From positions 1,664,001 to 1,728,000 of the forward strand of contig OZ253462.1 in the NCBI GenBank assembly GCA_965261395.1: DNA of 64,000 nt. Direction: 5' to 3'. Shown one piece after another: positions 10,380-20,056 of this stretch (the stretch's first letter is position 1; the number at the start of each line of letters is the position of its first letter). A program made the translations under genes and the position numbers. This DNA is from Candidatus Latescibacterota bacterium. Its GTDB lineage: Bacteria; Latescibacterota; UBA2968; UBA8231. The notes below the pieces were generated by a model. That model was given only the letters and a program-made list of their open reading frames with translations, searched no databases and had not been told where the DNA came from.

Positions 10380-11447
10380 CTACGAACTGTATTGCTCAAT
10401 CTTCGCTTCGTCTACTTCAACGCCCAGTCCTGGCCCCAACGGCACGCGGATGCGCCCATTTTCAAACTGCAACGGTTCAGTTAGCACATCATCCGTCAGG
10501 CCGTGGTAGCAGGTGTCGTTCGGCCCGGAAAAATTGGGGGTTGCTGCCGCAATGTGGGTGATGGCGGCGGTCTTGAGCCCGAGGTCGTGCGAACAGTGCA
10601 TCAGGCACGGCACGTCATACGCCTCGGCGACGGTAGCGACTTTCTTGACCCGTAGCATGCCGCCCGCCGCTGGGGTGTCTGGCATCAGGATATCAGCGCC
10701 CTCGTTGGCCAGTAGGTTCACAACGGTGTCCGCAGTGACAACGCCCATGTTCACCAAGATACCCATGCCGATTTCCGCGCGGAACCGAATCAGCGCGTCG
10801 AGGTACTCAGACGAGCACGGGTCTTCAAAATAGCGAATCCCGAGGTCTTTCATTTTCCGTAGTGTGACTTCTGCATCTTCGGGGGAATACCCATTGTTTG
10901 CATCTGGGCGGAGTATGGCTTGGTCGCCAACAACGGCTTGTATTGCCTCGGCAATCTGCAGGTCCTGTTGTGGGTCGTCCCCCGCTTTTGTTTTTAAGAA
11001 GCGAAACCCCCAGCGGTCCATGTACTCGCGAGCGGTTGCCGCGGACTCCGACGGTGCCTTGAGTCCCATACAGGCGCAGAAGTCCACTTCCTCCCGCACC
11101 ACGCCGCCGAGCAGTTTACAGACCGGCAAATCCGCGCCCTTGCCCATGGCGTCCCAAAGTGCCATCTCAATGCCAGACATCGGGCCTTTGCTGATGCCCC
11201 CTGCTTCCAGCGCTGCAATGGCCCCTTCGATGTTGGCCACATCTTTGCCCGTCAGCATTGCGTTTGGGTCCGTTTCAAACCTGCCCGTTCCTTCGCCCCA
11301 ACCCACTACATCCGTGTCTGTCTCAATTTTCACGATAAGTCCCGCTGCACCCAAAGTGCCACTACTACCACCACGCCCAACGTAAGGTCCAACGGGCGAA
11401 GCGTATGGGATGGCGACGTTCGTTCCTGTGATTCGCTTGATTTTCAT
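10380..11447 (-). CDS. Mandelate racemase/muconate lactonizing enzyme family protein
   Basis: Start MKIKRI at 11447 after GAGG; VGWGEG, EMALWDAMGK, LKTKAG, PDANNG, FEDP, PGLGVEVD. Confidence 0.9.
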   Translation of the reverse strand: MKIKRITGTNVAIPYASPVGPYVGRGGSSGTLGAAGLIVKIETDTDVVGWGEGTGRFETDPNAMLTGKDVANIEGAIAALEAGGISKGPMSGIEMALWDAMGKGADLPVCKLLGGVVREEVDFCACMGLKAPSESAATAREYMDRWGFRFLKTKAGDDPQQDLQIAEAIQAVVGDQAILRPDANNGYSPEDAEVTLRKMKDLGIRYFEDPCSSEYLDALIRFRAEIGMGILVNMGVVTADTVVNLLANEGADILMPDTPAAGGMLRVKKVATVAEAYDVPCLMHCSHDLGLKTAAITHIAAATPNFSGPNDTCYHGLTDDVLTEPLQFENGRIRVPLGPGLGVEVDEAKIEQYSS

Positions 11448-11623
11448 TTTGGCACCTCTGAATGAGATTTGTGGTTTCCACTTGGCGTAGCCTAACACCC
11501 TTAGCGCCTTGTTGTCAATGTAATAGATAACGCGCCTTGGGCAGGCTGTTGACGAGTATGCGGGGGGCGTTACCTTACGGCAGGCTCGCAACCAACCTTC
11601 TTACGGAGGTCGATCCGCCGGTG

Positions 11624-12439
11624 ATGGTGATCTCGGAAAAAGACAAGCAGACGTATGCCGTGCAGGGGTTTCTCATTCTGCGGCAGGCCTTTGCGCAAAC
11701 CCGCATCGCGGCGCTGCTCAAGGGGGTCGAACGCCTGATCGACAAGGGGCTTGCGGGAGCGTGCGAGATAGGCTGGATCGACCGCGAGCGCCGTCTGCCG
11801 GGACGCACCGGCCACCTGCTCGACCCCGACAAGTACCACCCCGCCTTTGCCGACTGGATCGACGAGGATCTCGCACCCCATCTCGAGGCCCTGGTCTGCG
11901 GCCCGGGAGTGCGCCACAGTCTGTTCGGCATGCTCGCCAGCGGCGGTGAGAAGCCGTACACCCAGAAATGGCACCGCGACCTCTGCCGACCGGGCGACGC
12001 GGAGGAAACCGCGTACCTGCGCCGGCACGAAGGCCGCTTCGTGCAGTTCAACGCCCCGCTCGTTGCCGGAGACCGCTTCCTCCATATCGTCCCCGAGAGT
12101 CACCTGCGGGCATCGACGGCTGAGGAAATCGAAGCGTCCCGCAGCGAATCGGGAGAGATGCCGAACGCCCTCGTCGTCGATCTGGAACCGGGAGACATCG
12201 CCTACTACAACGCCAACCTTTGGCACCGGGGCTGGAACCCGGAGGGGCGCAAGCGCTGGACCATGCACTGCGCCTTCTGGAACGCTGGAGCCACGGTGAT
12301 GGCCCACGAGTACGGACAGCGCGAGCAGTTGACCCAACAAGGGCATATGGAGCAAATGCCCCCCGTTACGCGGCAGTACATCCAGAGCTACCTCGACAAC
12401 TATCCCGAGGCGGATCCGCCTTCCCTATTCGATCTGTAG
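11624..12439 (+). CDS. PhyH family dioxygenase
   Basis: GGAGGT RBS; YAVQGFLILR, WHRDL, IVPESH, PGD...WHRG. Confidence 0.88.
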   Translation: MVISEKDKQTYAVQGFLILRQAFAQTRIAALLKGVERLIDKGLAGACEIGWIDRERRLPGRTGHLLDPDKYHPAFADWIDEDLAPHLEALVCGPGVRHSLFGMLASGGEKPYTQKWHRDLCRPGDAEETAYLRRHEGRFVQFNAPLVAGDRFLHIVPESHLRASTAEEIEASRSESGEMPNALVVDLEPGDIAYYNANLWHRGWNPEGRKRWTMHCAFWNAGATVMAHEYGQREQLTQQGHMEQMPPVTRQYIQSYLDNYPEADPPSLFDL

Positions 12440-12469
12440 CCATGCACTACTTGAACATTTTCGCGGGAC

Positions 12470-12644
12470 GTGCCGGTTCCCAAGGGAGCCAACGAAACCG
12501 CCGCGGCCATTACCAACTGCAGCAATCCTCATGTGCGCAGGCTCATGCTCGACGGGGTTTATGTCGATGGAGACGACGCTCCGGTTTCCGTAGCGGCCCC
12601 GCCGTTGTCCAAAGATGTGCAGTCGATCATGCAGATGAGGCTTT
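12470..12644 (+). pseudogene. Degenerate IS91-family (Y2/HUH) transposase fragment
   Basis: NPHVRRLMLDGVYVDGDDAP resembles the IS91-type N-x-H-x-H...LDGVY motif with the second His lost. Confidence 0.5.
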
Positions 12645-13445
12645 ATGACAAAAAGCAGACCTCCAATCCCCGCCGAAGTTGCCGCAGAAATCCAGTTTGC
12701 CTGCAATAACACGTGCTGCATCTGTGAAGAGCGAGGTAAGGCCATTCAGATACACCATCTAGATGGAGATCGGTGTAATCATAGGCTTAGTAATCTTTCA
12801 GTTCTCTGCCTTGAGTGTCACGACCAAACGCAGACTCGCGGCGGCTTCGCGCGCAGACTAACCCAAGAGGTGGTAACCAAATACCGAAATGAGTGGATTA
12901 CACGGGTAACAGAACGGAGACGGGAGGCCGATCGTATTGCTGCTGAGCGTGCTGTGGGTCCTCTCATCAGCACGTCGAAGGCGACCTATCGAGAGTCGGA
13001 GAGAGCCAAGGTCATGCCAAAGGGAGATGCTCTGGAGTACATCAACACGCTTCCAGGCCTGAAGGCAGAACTTCTAAGGAGGGCGCAACCAGAGTGGGAC
13101 AGCGGCGTAACCTCACGGATGGTCCAAGCCTCATACTATTACATCGACGCTCTATCTGGAATACTCTCCGCTCTTGCGGGTTACTACCCGGATGGGCATT
13201 TCAGGAATAAAGATCCACACCAGTTCTTTGCCGAGCAGATCGCTGCGAGGTTTGAATGGCACCGCTCACATGCTGAGCCAAGCGGACCGGGGACAGGAGG
13301 CACAATGGTGAACTTGTTGTGTTGCACAAACGTACAGGCTGACGTTGAAAAGATGGTCGAAGACATGGTCACGTCGATCGTGGGCTACGACGACGAGTTT
13401 GACTGGAAAAGGTGGCCAATCAGGTGGAAGGGAAAAACAACCTAA
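12645..13445 (+). CDS. HNH endonuclease domain protein with uncharacterised helical C-terminus
   Basis: CCIC...IHHLDGDRCNHRLSNLSVLCLECH. Confidence 0.88.
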   Translation: MTKSRPPIPAEVAAEIQFACNNTCCICEERGKAIQIHHLDGDRCNHRLSNLSVLCLECHDQTQTRGGFARRLTQEVVTKYRNEWITRVTERRREADRIAAERAVGPLISTSKATYRESERAKVMPKGDALEYINTLPGLKAELLRRAQPEWDSGVTSRMVQASYYYIDALSGILSALAGYYPDGHFRNKDPHQFFAEQIAARFEWHRSHAEPSGPGTGGTMVNLLCCTNVQADVEKMVEDMVTSIVGYDDEFDWKRWPIRWKGKTT

Positions 13446-13531
13446 CAAACAAATTTCCTGTTTGCACGGTGAAACGGAAAAACGAGATAGTTGATACTGG
13501 CTTTGTTAGACGAGTTAGGAGATAGACGGCG

Positions 13532-14473
13532 ATGAGCGCGAAATACGAATGGTGCTGCGTAACGGAGAACGCTGCCTTCGCAGCTCGCGATGGCGCTGGC
13601 GCATTGGTGTTCCATGATAAAATGTGGCTGCTGGGCGGCTGGAATCCCGGGGACAAAGTCCACTTCCCGCTGATCTGCAACAGTGAGGTCTGGTCGTCGC
13701 CCGATGGCACCTCCTGGACGCTTGAGAATCCTCATGCGCCTTGGGAGGGGCGGCATACGGCTGGATATGCGGTGCATGACGGCCGAATGTGGATCGTCGG
13801 CGGCGATTGCAATCAAGGCCATTATCAGAACGATGTCTGGAGCAGTGCGGACGGCATTCATTGGGAGCTGGCGAATGATCGCGTGCCGTGGGCTCCCCGA
13901 GCGCTTCATTATACCCTAGCTTTCGCCGGCCGGATCTGGGTGATGGGCGGACAGACGCTGCCCGAATTTGCCGGCGCTGATGAGGTCTTCCACAACGACG
14001 TGTGGAGTTCGGCAAATGGGATTAGCTGGACTCGGGTTATCGACAGCGCTCCGTGGGTGCCCAGAGGGATGATCGGGGGAGCCGCTGTGCACGACAACAG
14101 GATGTGGATTCTCGGTGGGGGCACATACGATACGCCTACAACTCCTATCCGCAAATTCTACAACGACGTGTGGAGTTCAGAAGATGGGATCAACTGGGAA
14201 CAGCACATAGCGCACGCTCCGTGGGCACCCAGGCAATACCACGAGGTGGCCGCTTTCGATGGCTGTATGTGGGTGTTAGAAGGCTATGCGGCAGAGAGTG
14301 GAAATCGCCGCGATGTGTGGTATTCACCCGATGGCGTGGACTGGACCGAATTGCCCGATACCCCTTGGGCACCCCGACATGCGGGGAGCGTGTTCGTGTA
14401 CGACGGGTCGTTGTGGATGGTGGCGGGAAATAATATGGAGCCGGATGTCTGGCGGCTTTCGCGTAAGGAATAG
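13532..14473 (+). CDS. Kelch/galactose-oxidase-type beta-propeller protein
   Basis: About six repeats of DVWSSxDGxxW...APWxPR...GxMWxxGG. Confidence 0.88.
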   Translation: MSAKYEWCCVTENAAFAARDGAGALVFHDKMWLLGGWNPGDKVHFPLICNSEVWSSPDGTSWTLENPHAPWEGRHTAGYAVHDGRMWIVGGDCNQGHYQNDVWSSADGIHWELANDRVPWAPRALHYTLAFAGRIWVMGGQTLPEFAGADEVFHNDVWSSANGISWTRVIDSAPWVPRGMIGGAAVHDNRMWILGGGTYDTPTTPIRKFYNDVWSSEDGINWEQHIAHAPWAPRQYHEVAAFDGCMWVLEGYAAESGNRRDVWYSPDGVDWTELPDTPWAPRHAGSVFVYDGSLWMVAGNNMEPDVWRLSRKE

Positions 14474-14480
14474 GTGTCTT

Positions 14481-15326
14481 ATGGACCGAAGAATGGAAGA
14501 ATACCGCGCTCAGGGTTATACCGTATTCGAGGGGCTGTACGACGAAACCACCATGCCGGCCTGGCGCGATGAGCAGGATCGGCTGCAAGCCCTCTCCACG
14601 GAGGGACCCGATGTGCGAGAACCGACCACTTGGTTCGGCAATATGCTCGAACGAGCGCCAGAGCTGATGTGGCCAGCAGTGGCTCATCCAGTCATTCTCG
14701 ACTTTGCCGAGCAGGTAGTGGGGCCTCTCGTGCAGCTCGACAACCTCACCTTAGCCGCCTTTCCCTCCATGGATCCAGAAGAAGCCGCCGGCAAGGCCAG
14801 TGCTTGGCACCGAGACCGCTGGGCTCGTATGCCCAACGGCGCGTACGAACGCCCCTTGGCCTTTAATGCCATCTGCTATCTGCAGGATCTGGACGACGAG
14901 TACGGACCGCTTAGGGTGCTGCCCGGTTCTCACGTCGAGCCCATTGCCTTAGCCGAGGAGGAGGTCCGCAAGCCGCACCAAGACGAGCAGTTGATCTACA
15001 TGAAAGCCGGCGATGTGGTTTTGACCCACAATGGCCTGCTGCACTCGGGCACGCCCAATACCTCGGGGCGCAAGCGCTACTTCTTCAGTGTGTACTACAA
15101 TATCTCTTGGCTCAAACACACGGATACGTTCACCGGTCCCAACTGCCAACAACTCATCAACTGGGCCCGGAGCCGACAGGACCACCGGGCCCTGCGCCTG
15201 TTGGGTCAGGACGAGCACTTGCAAGGCCGCGCCAACAGCGGTTTCCTGCAGCCCGATGAAGTGTGCTGGCATCAGTGGACTCAAGCCGACCAGCGCGCTC
15301 TCGAAGAGGCCGCCAGACGGGAATAG
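14481..15326 (+). CDS. PhyH family dioxygenase
   Basis: YRAQGYTVF, WHRDR, VLPGSH, AGD...LHSG. Confidence 0.9.
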   Translation: MDRRMEEYRAQGYTVFEGLYDETTMPAWRDEQDRLQALSTEGPDVREPTTWFGNMLERAPELMWPAVAHPVILDFAEQVVGPLVQLDNLTLAAFPSMDPEEAAGKASAWHRDRWARMPNGAYERPLAFNAICYLQDLDDEYGPLRVLPGSHVEPIALAEEEVRKPHQDEQLIYMKAGDVVLTHNGLLHSGTPNTSGRKRYFFSVYYNISWLKHTDTFTGPNCQQLINWARSRQDHRALRLLGQDEHLQGRANSGFLQPDEVCWHQWTQADQRALEEAARRE

Positions 15327-15334
15327 TGTCCACG

Positions 15335-16552
15335 ATGTTAGCTTTCAAACCACCTAAACCGAGTGTGACAACGATTCAAATTATACAAGCCCTGATACCG
15401 CTTGCGAATCGCTTGTATTTGAAAGGGTTAACGCTGGATGTCGATGCAGAGTCCATTGCTCGGTTGGAGGCGATACATGGGCATCCTACGGTCTTAGCCC
15501 CGAACCATCCGGCGCACGAAGATCCTATGGTTATGTTTCTCCTGTCAAAGCGGTTATCGCAACCGTACTACTACATGGCAGCTCGGGAAGCCTTCGACAA
15601 GGGTAGATTCGGGGCTATCCAATGCTATCTGATGCAGCGGGTCGGTGTGTACTCGATTGTGCGCGGCACTGTAGATAGAGATGCCTTCCGCACGACGCGG
15701 GAGCTTTTGTTTAAGGGCGACTGGCCGATTGTCATCTTTGGCGAAGGGGAAATTTCGCGCCAAAATGACACCGTCATGCGTTTTGAGAGAGGCATTGTCC
15801 AGATGTGCTTCTGGGCTTTGGACGATATGGAAAAAGCGCAAGTCAGCAAATCGCTCTATGCTGTGCCCGTCGGCATCAAATATCACTATCCGCGCGACAT
15901 GTGGAATTCTATTGATGCTGCTCTCACGAGGTTAGAACGGTATATCCTCCCGCCTGCCGAACAGACGCCGGTAGAACGCTACGATCGGTTGCGCCGCATC
16001 GGTGTCGCGATAGTCAGGACACTCGCAGCGGAATATCAGTATGAGATAGACGAAGCTGTGTCCCTTGATGTACATATCGAAAGGTTGAAAGATGCGATCC
16101 TGTCCCATGCCGAAGGGATTATGGGTATCCACCCTGAAGCCGACATACTCACAAGGACACGTGCGTTGAAAAATATAGTCGATGCCGAAATCTATAAGGA
16201 CATTGAGCAGATGACGGAGTACGAGCAGAAAATACATGGAGAGCAGCTGCAGAAATTTCAACAATTCTATCCCGATCTGGAGCGGTTGATTAATTTTATA
16301 TCAATTTCTGACGGGTATGTTGCTGAAGAACCATCGCCAGAGCGGTTTCTCGATGTGATTCTCCGTCTTGAAAGAGAAGTCTTTGGTAGGTCAGAAATGC
16401 GCGGACCGCGGGTGGCATCAGTCCGCGTCGGTGAACCGAAAAATCTCCGGGAATATTACGATACCTATAGAACTCAGAAAAGAGAAACGGTAGAACAGAT
16501 AACCCATGAACTTGAAACATCGGTTCAGAGTTTGGTCGGTGGGTTATCCTAA
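15335..16552 (+). CDS. PlsC-like glycerol-phosphate/phospholipid acyltransferase
   Basis: NHPAHED (HX4D), IFGEGE, VPVGIKY. Confidence 0.85.
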   Translation: MLAFKPPKPSVTTIQIIQALIPLANRLYLKGLTLDVDAESIARLEAIHGHPTVLAPNHPAHEDPMVMFLLSKRLSQPYYYMAAREAFDKGRFGAIQCYLMQRVGVYSIVRGTVDRDAFRTTRELLFKGDWPIVIFGEGEISRQNDTVMRFERGIVQMCFWALDDMEKAQVSKSLYAVPVGIKYHYPRDMWNSIDAALTRLERYILPPAEQTPVERYDRLRRIGVAIVRTLAAEYQYEIDEAVSLDVHIERLKDAILSHAEGIMGIHPEADILTRTRALKNIVDAEIYKDIEQMTEYEQKIHGEQLQKFQQFYPDLERLINFISISDGYVAEEPSPERFLDVILRLEREVFGRSEMRGPRVASVRVGEPKNLREYYDTYRTQKRETVEQITHELETSVQSLVGGLS

Positions 16553-16657
16553 CCTTATACAGGCAGATCCTCCGGTTTCTGTAGCGTCCCTGCCCGCTAT
16601 CTTGACATCAACGACGAGCGCTAGCTTATTTTCCCTCTTGCACGCAGAGGATTGTCC

Positions 16658-17809
16658 ATGCCCTTCCAAACTCACTCCGACTTCCGCCATCCCACCCGCA
16701 TTATCCACGGCCCCGGGTCCATCGCCTGTTTGGCAGATTGCTTCTCGCCGGCCGACAAGGTCCTAATCGTCTCCGATCAGGTCTTAGGGGAAATCGGCAT
16801 AGTGGAAGCGGTCGTCGCCGCCCTCGGCGACATCCCCCATGCCGTCTATCTCAAAGACGGTTCGAGTGAGCCCACCGAAGAATCTGTCGAGGCCGGTGCC
16901 CAGACCTACCAACAAGAACGCTGCACGGCCATCATCGGCCTCGGCGGTGGCTCACCCATGGACGTAGCCAAGATGATCGGCGTCCTCGCGTCCAACGACG
17001 GCCGCATCACCGAGTATTTAGGCAGCGACAAAGTCGCAAACGACCTGCCCTATCTCGCCTGCGTCCCCACGACCTACGGCACTGCCAGCGAAGTCACGCC
17101 CTTCGCCGTGCTGGACAATCCCGCCAGCGGCAACAAAGACCCGGTTATTAGCTGGAAGATCGCCCCCCAACTCGGCGTCCTCGACCCAGACCTGTCGGTC
17201 GCCCTGCCCGCCCTTGTCGGCGCAGCCACTGGCATGGACGCCCTGACTCACGCGCTTGAATCCTATATCAATCTGGCGGCCACGCCCATCACCGAAGGCA
17301 TCGCGCTGCACGCCATCCGCCTCATCGGCGACAACCTGCGCCTCGCCTGCGCCAACGATCACGCGCTAGCCGCCACCGAAAATATGCTCATCGCCAGTAT
17401 GCTGGCCGGCGTCGCCTTTTCGCAAACGCGCCTCGGCAATGTCCACGCCATGTCCCATCCAGCGGGCGCCCACTACCACGTGCATCACGGGCTGCTCAAC
17501 GCCATCTTGCTGCCCTATGTCATGGAGTTCAATTGGTTCGCCTGCCCCGGCAAATTCGCCGCTATCGCCGAGGCGCTAGGTGAGCACATTTCCGGCTTAG
17601 ACCAACGCCAAGCCGCACAAGCCGCCATCACCGCAGTGCGCCATATCAGCGCCGACTTAGGCATCCCGGCCAAGCTGGGGGATGTCGGCGTTGATACGGC
17701 CCGCATCCCCACCATGGCGAGCATTGCCATGCAGAGCGGCAACATCGCTGTCAACCCGCGCAAGACCAGCCAGCGCGATCTCGAAATTCTATTCCAACAA
17801 GCCATTTAG
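16658..17809 (+). CDS. Iron-containing alcohol dehydrogenase
   Basis: GLGGGSPMDVAK, VPTTYGTASE, GMDALTHALE, HAMSH, HGLLNAILLP. Confidence 0.95.
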   Translation: MPFQTHSDFRHPTRIIHGPGSIACLADCFSPADKVLIVSDQVLGEIGIVEAVVAALGDIPHAVYLKDGSSEPTEESVEAGAQTYQQERCTAIIGLGGGSPMDVAKMIGVLASNDGRITEYLGSDKVANDLPYLACVPTTYGTASEVTPFAVLDNPASGNKDPVISWKIAPQLGVLDPDLSVALPALVGAATGMDALTHALESYINLAATPITEGIALHAIRLIGDNLRLACANDHALAATENMLIASMLAGVAFSQTRLGNVHAMSHPAGAHYHVHHGLLNAILLPYVMEFNWFACPGKFAAIAEALGEHISGLDQRQAAQAAITAVRHISADLGIPAKLGDVGVDTARIPTMASIAMQSGNIAVNPRKTSQRDLEILFQQAI

Positions 17810-17819
17810 GAGGTCCTCC

Positions 17820-19079
17820 ATGTCCCTACCCCGCATGTTCCGCGTTCGCCAGCATTTCTCCGCGCCCACGGTCGAGGATATCCCCGCCGCTGTACGCGCC
17901 GAAGTCCAGCGCCTCGACTTAGGCCCCAAAGTCAATCCCGGCGAGACCATCGCCATCTCCGTCGGCAGTCGCGGCATTGCCAATATCGCACTCGTGATCA
18001 AAAGCCTCGTGGCCGAGTTCAAGGCCCTCGGCCTCCAGCCCTTCCTCGTCCCGGCCATGGGCAGCCACGGCGGCGGTATCGCCGAGGCGCAACAGGGAAT
18101 CATCGAAGGCTACGGCGTCACCGAGGAGTACACTGGCGCACCGATCAAGTCTTCCATGGAGACCGTACAGGTGGGTGCGACTGAGGACGGCATCCCCGTC
18201 TTTTTCGACAAGTACGCGTTCGAAGCCGACCACGTAGCCGTCGTCGGCCGCGTCAAGCCACACACCGACTTTGTCGGCGAAATCGAAAGCGGCCTGCACA
18301 AGATGATGCTCATCGGCTTGGGCAAGCACAAAGGCGCGGCCCTGTACCACCAAGCCATTGTCCACTACAGCTTCGACCGCATCGTCCGCTCGGTCGGCCA
18401 AACCGTCATCGACCAGTGCGGCGTGCTCATGGGGCTGGCCTTAGTCGAAAACCAGTACGACCAAACCGCGCTCATCAAGGGCGTGGGGGCCGACGAATTC
18501 GTGGAGCGCGAAAAGGAATTGCTAGTCCTTGCCAAGCAATGGATGCCGTGCCTGCCCTTCGACGGAGTCGATCTGCTCATCGTCGATGCGATCGGCAAAA
18601 ACATCTCCGGTGCCGGCATGGACACCAACGTCGTCGGCCGCAAGTTCCACGACAACCACGCCGCCGACAAGGAGTACCCCAAGGTCACCCGCATCCTAGT
18701 CCGCGGCCTGACCGAAGAAACCCACGGCAACGCCTCGGGCATCGGCACGGCCGAATACGCCCACAAGCGCGCTATCGAGGAGATGGACCGCGAGATCACC
18801 TACATCAACTGCATGACCGGCAACCACCCCTCTGGTGCACACATTCCCCTCTACTTTGACACGGACCGCATCTGCATTGAAAAGGCCCTAGAGACCGTCG
18901 GCCTCGTCGAGCCTGAAAACGCCAAGGTCCTACGCATCCACAACACCCTAGCGCTAGGCGAGCTCCTCGTCTCAGAAACCTTTCGGTCCGAAGTCGAACA
19001 GCGCGAGGACTTGGAAATCATCACCGAGCCCGAGGAAATGGCCTTCGACGAAAACGGCGATTTGCCGCTTGCGTTCTAA
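17820..19079 (+). CDS. Lactate racemase N-terminal domain (LarA-like/DUF2088) protein
   Basis: AISVGSRGIANI, VPAMGSHGG, RVKPHTDF, GKNISGAGMDTNV; AGGAGG RBS. Confidence 0.75.
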   Translation: MSLPRMFRVRQHFSAPTVEDIPAAVRAEVQRLDLGPKVNPGETIAISVGSRGIANIALVIKSLVAEFKALGLQPFLVPAMGSHGGGIAEAQQGIIEGYGVTEEYTGAPIKSSMETVQVGATEDGIPVFFDKYAFEADHVAVVGRVKPHTDFVGEIESGLHKMMLIGLGKHKGAALYHQAIVHYSFDRIVRSVGQTVIDQCGVLMGLALVENQYDQTALIKGVGADEFVEREKELLVLAKQWMPCLPFDGVDLLIVDAIGKNISGAGMDTNVVGRKFHDNHAADKEYPKVTRILVRGLTEETHGNASGIGTAEYAHKRAIEEMDREITYINCMTGNHPSGAHIPLYFDTDRICIEKALETVGLVEPENAKVLRIHNTLALGELLVSETFRSEVEQREDLEIITEPEEMAFDENGDLPLAF

Positions 19080-19159
19080 GTCGCAGGGCGTGTCCCCCAT
19101 CATTCGCAACATCCAGCGACCGTAAGCTGTAACGCGTCGCCGAGAGGAATTGTGCTGCC

Positions 19160-20038
19160 GTGGATGTGGATCAAAAGATAAAAATGGATAACAACGTCCA
19201 AGACTATCTATTCGACCTCCAAGGTTATTTGATCTTAAAAAATGCGATCTCGGCGGCAGATTTGCGCGAGATGAACCAGTGGATAGACGATCACGAATCG
19301 TATGTGGAAGAGCCGTGGTCAACAAATGGTGATTCGCAAAAAAGCAGTCGCTGGATTGGTCATGTAGAAACGCACACCTACAATGAAGAAAATGGCGTCA
19401 ACTTCCAGAGTATCATCGAGGGTGGCCCTATTTTTGAGCGATTGATAGATCATCCCGCTTGGATCGACTCGGTCAAGAAATACATTCACTCCTCAGTAAA
19501 CGGCCTTTCCATTCACGAGAACTTTCTCAACGTCCGCGGTCCGGGTGGTTACATCCACATTCACTGCGGCGGACATGTTCCACTCAGTTATTTGACGTTT
19601 CGTCAGAATAACACTGGAGAATGGATGGTCGGACAGATTAACGTACTGATGGCCCTCAACGACATCGGTGAAGGCGATGGACCACCTGTCCTAATTCCGG
19701 GCAGCCACAAGTGTACCGAAATTCACCCTCGGCTGGAAGTGGATGGCCGAGGCCTAGTTTACGACGGCGTGAGCGGCAAACCCGCCGGGACCGCCATTGC
19801 TGTAGAGGAAATGTATCTAGAAGCAGGGGATGTTTTGTTATTCACGGATGCGATAACACACGGCTCTGCGGAACGCACCAATCCCGGCTATCGGCGAACG
19901 ATTGTTTACCGCTATTCCCCAAAATATGTGCGCGAGCGATTCAACTATCAAATTTCGGCAGAATTGTTACAACGTTTGACTCCGGAAAGACGGGCAATTA
20001 TTGAGCCCATTGCGCCGCGGCAACCGCCATCCGCATAA
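19160..20038 (+). CDS. PhyH family Fe(II)/2OG enzyme, HxG variant
   Basis: YLFDLQGYLIL, IHCGG, LIPGSHK, AGD...THGS; start could be ATG 19184. Confidence 0.87.
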   Translation: MDVDQKIKMDNNVQDYLFDLQGYLILKNAISAADLREMNQWIDDHESYVEEPWSTNGDSQKSSRWIGHVETHTYNEENGVNFQSIIEGGPIFERLIDHPAWIDSVKKYIHSSVNGLSIHENFLNVRGPGGYIHIHCGGHVPLSYLTFRQNNTGEWMVGQINVLMALNDIGEGDGPPVLIPGSHKCTEIHPRLEVDGRGLVYDGVSGKPAGTAIAVEEMYLEAGDVLLFTDAITHGSAERTNPGYRRTIVYRYSPKYVRERFNYQISAELLQRLTPERRAIIEPIAPRQPPSA

Positions 20039-20056
20039 CGTTTCAAGGGCTGCTCA

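Noticed and set aside
11542-11560. CAGGCTGTTGACGAGT as an IS terminal repeat (also GGCTTTGTTAGACG near 13499)
   Set aside because: Short, no partner end, no TSD and no transposase
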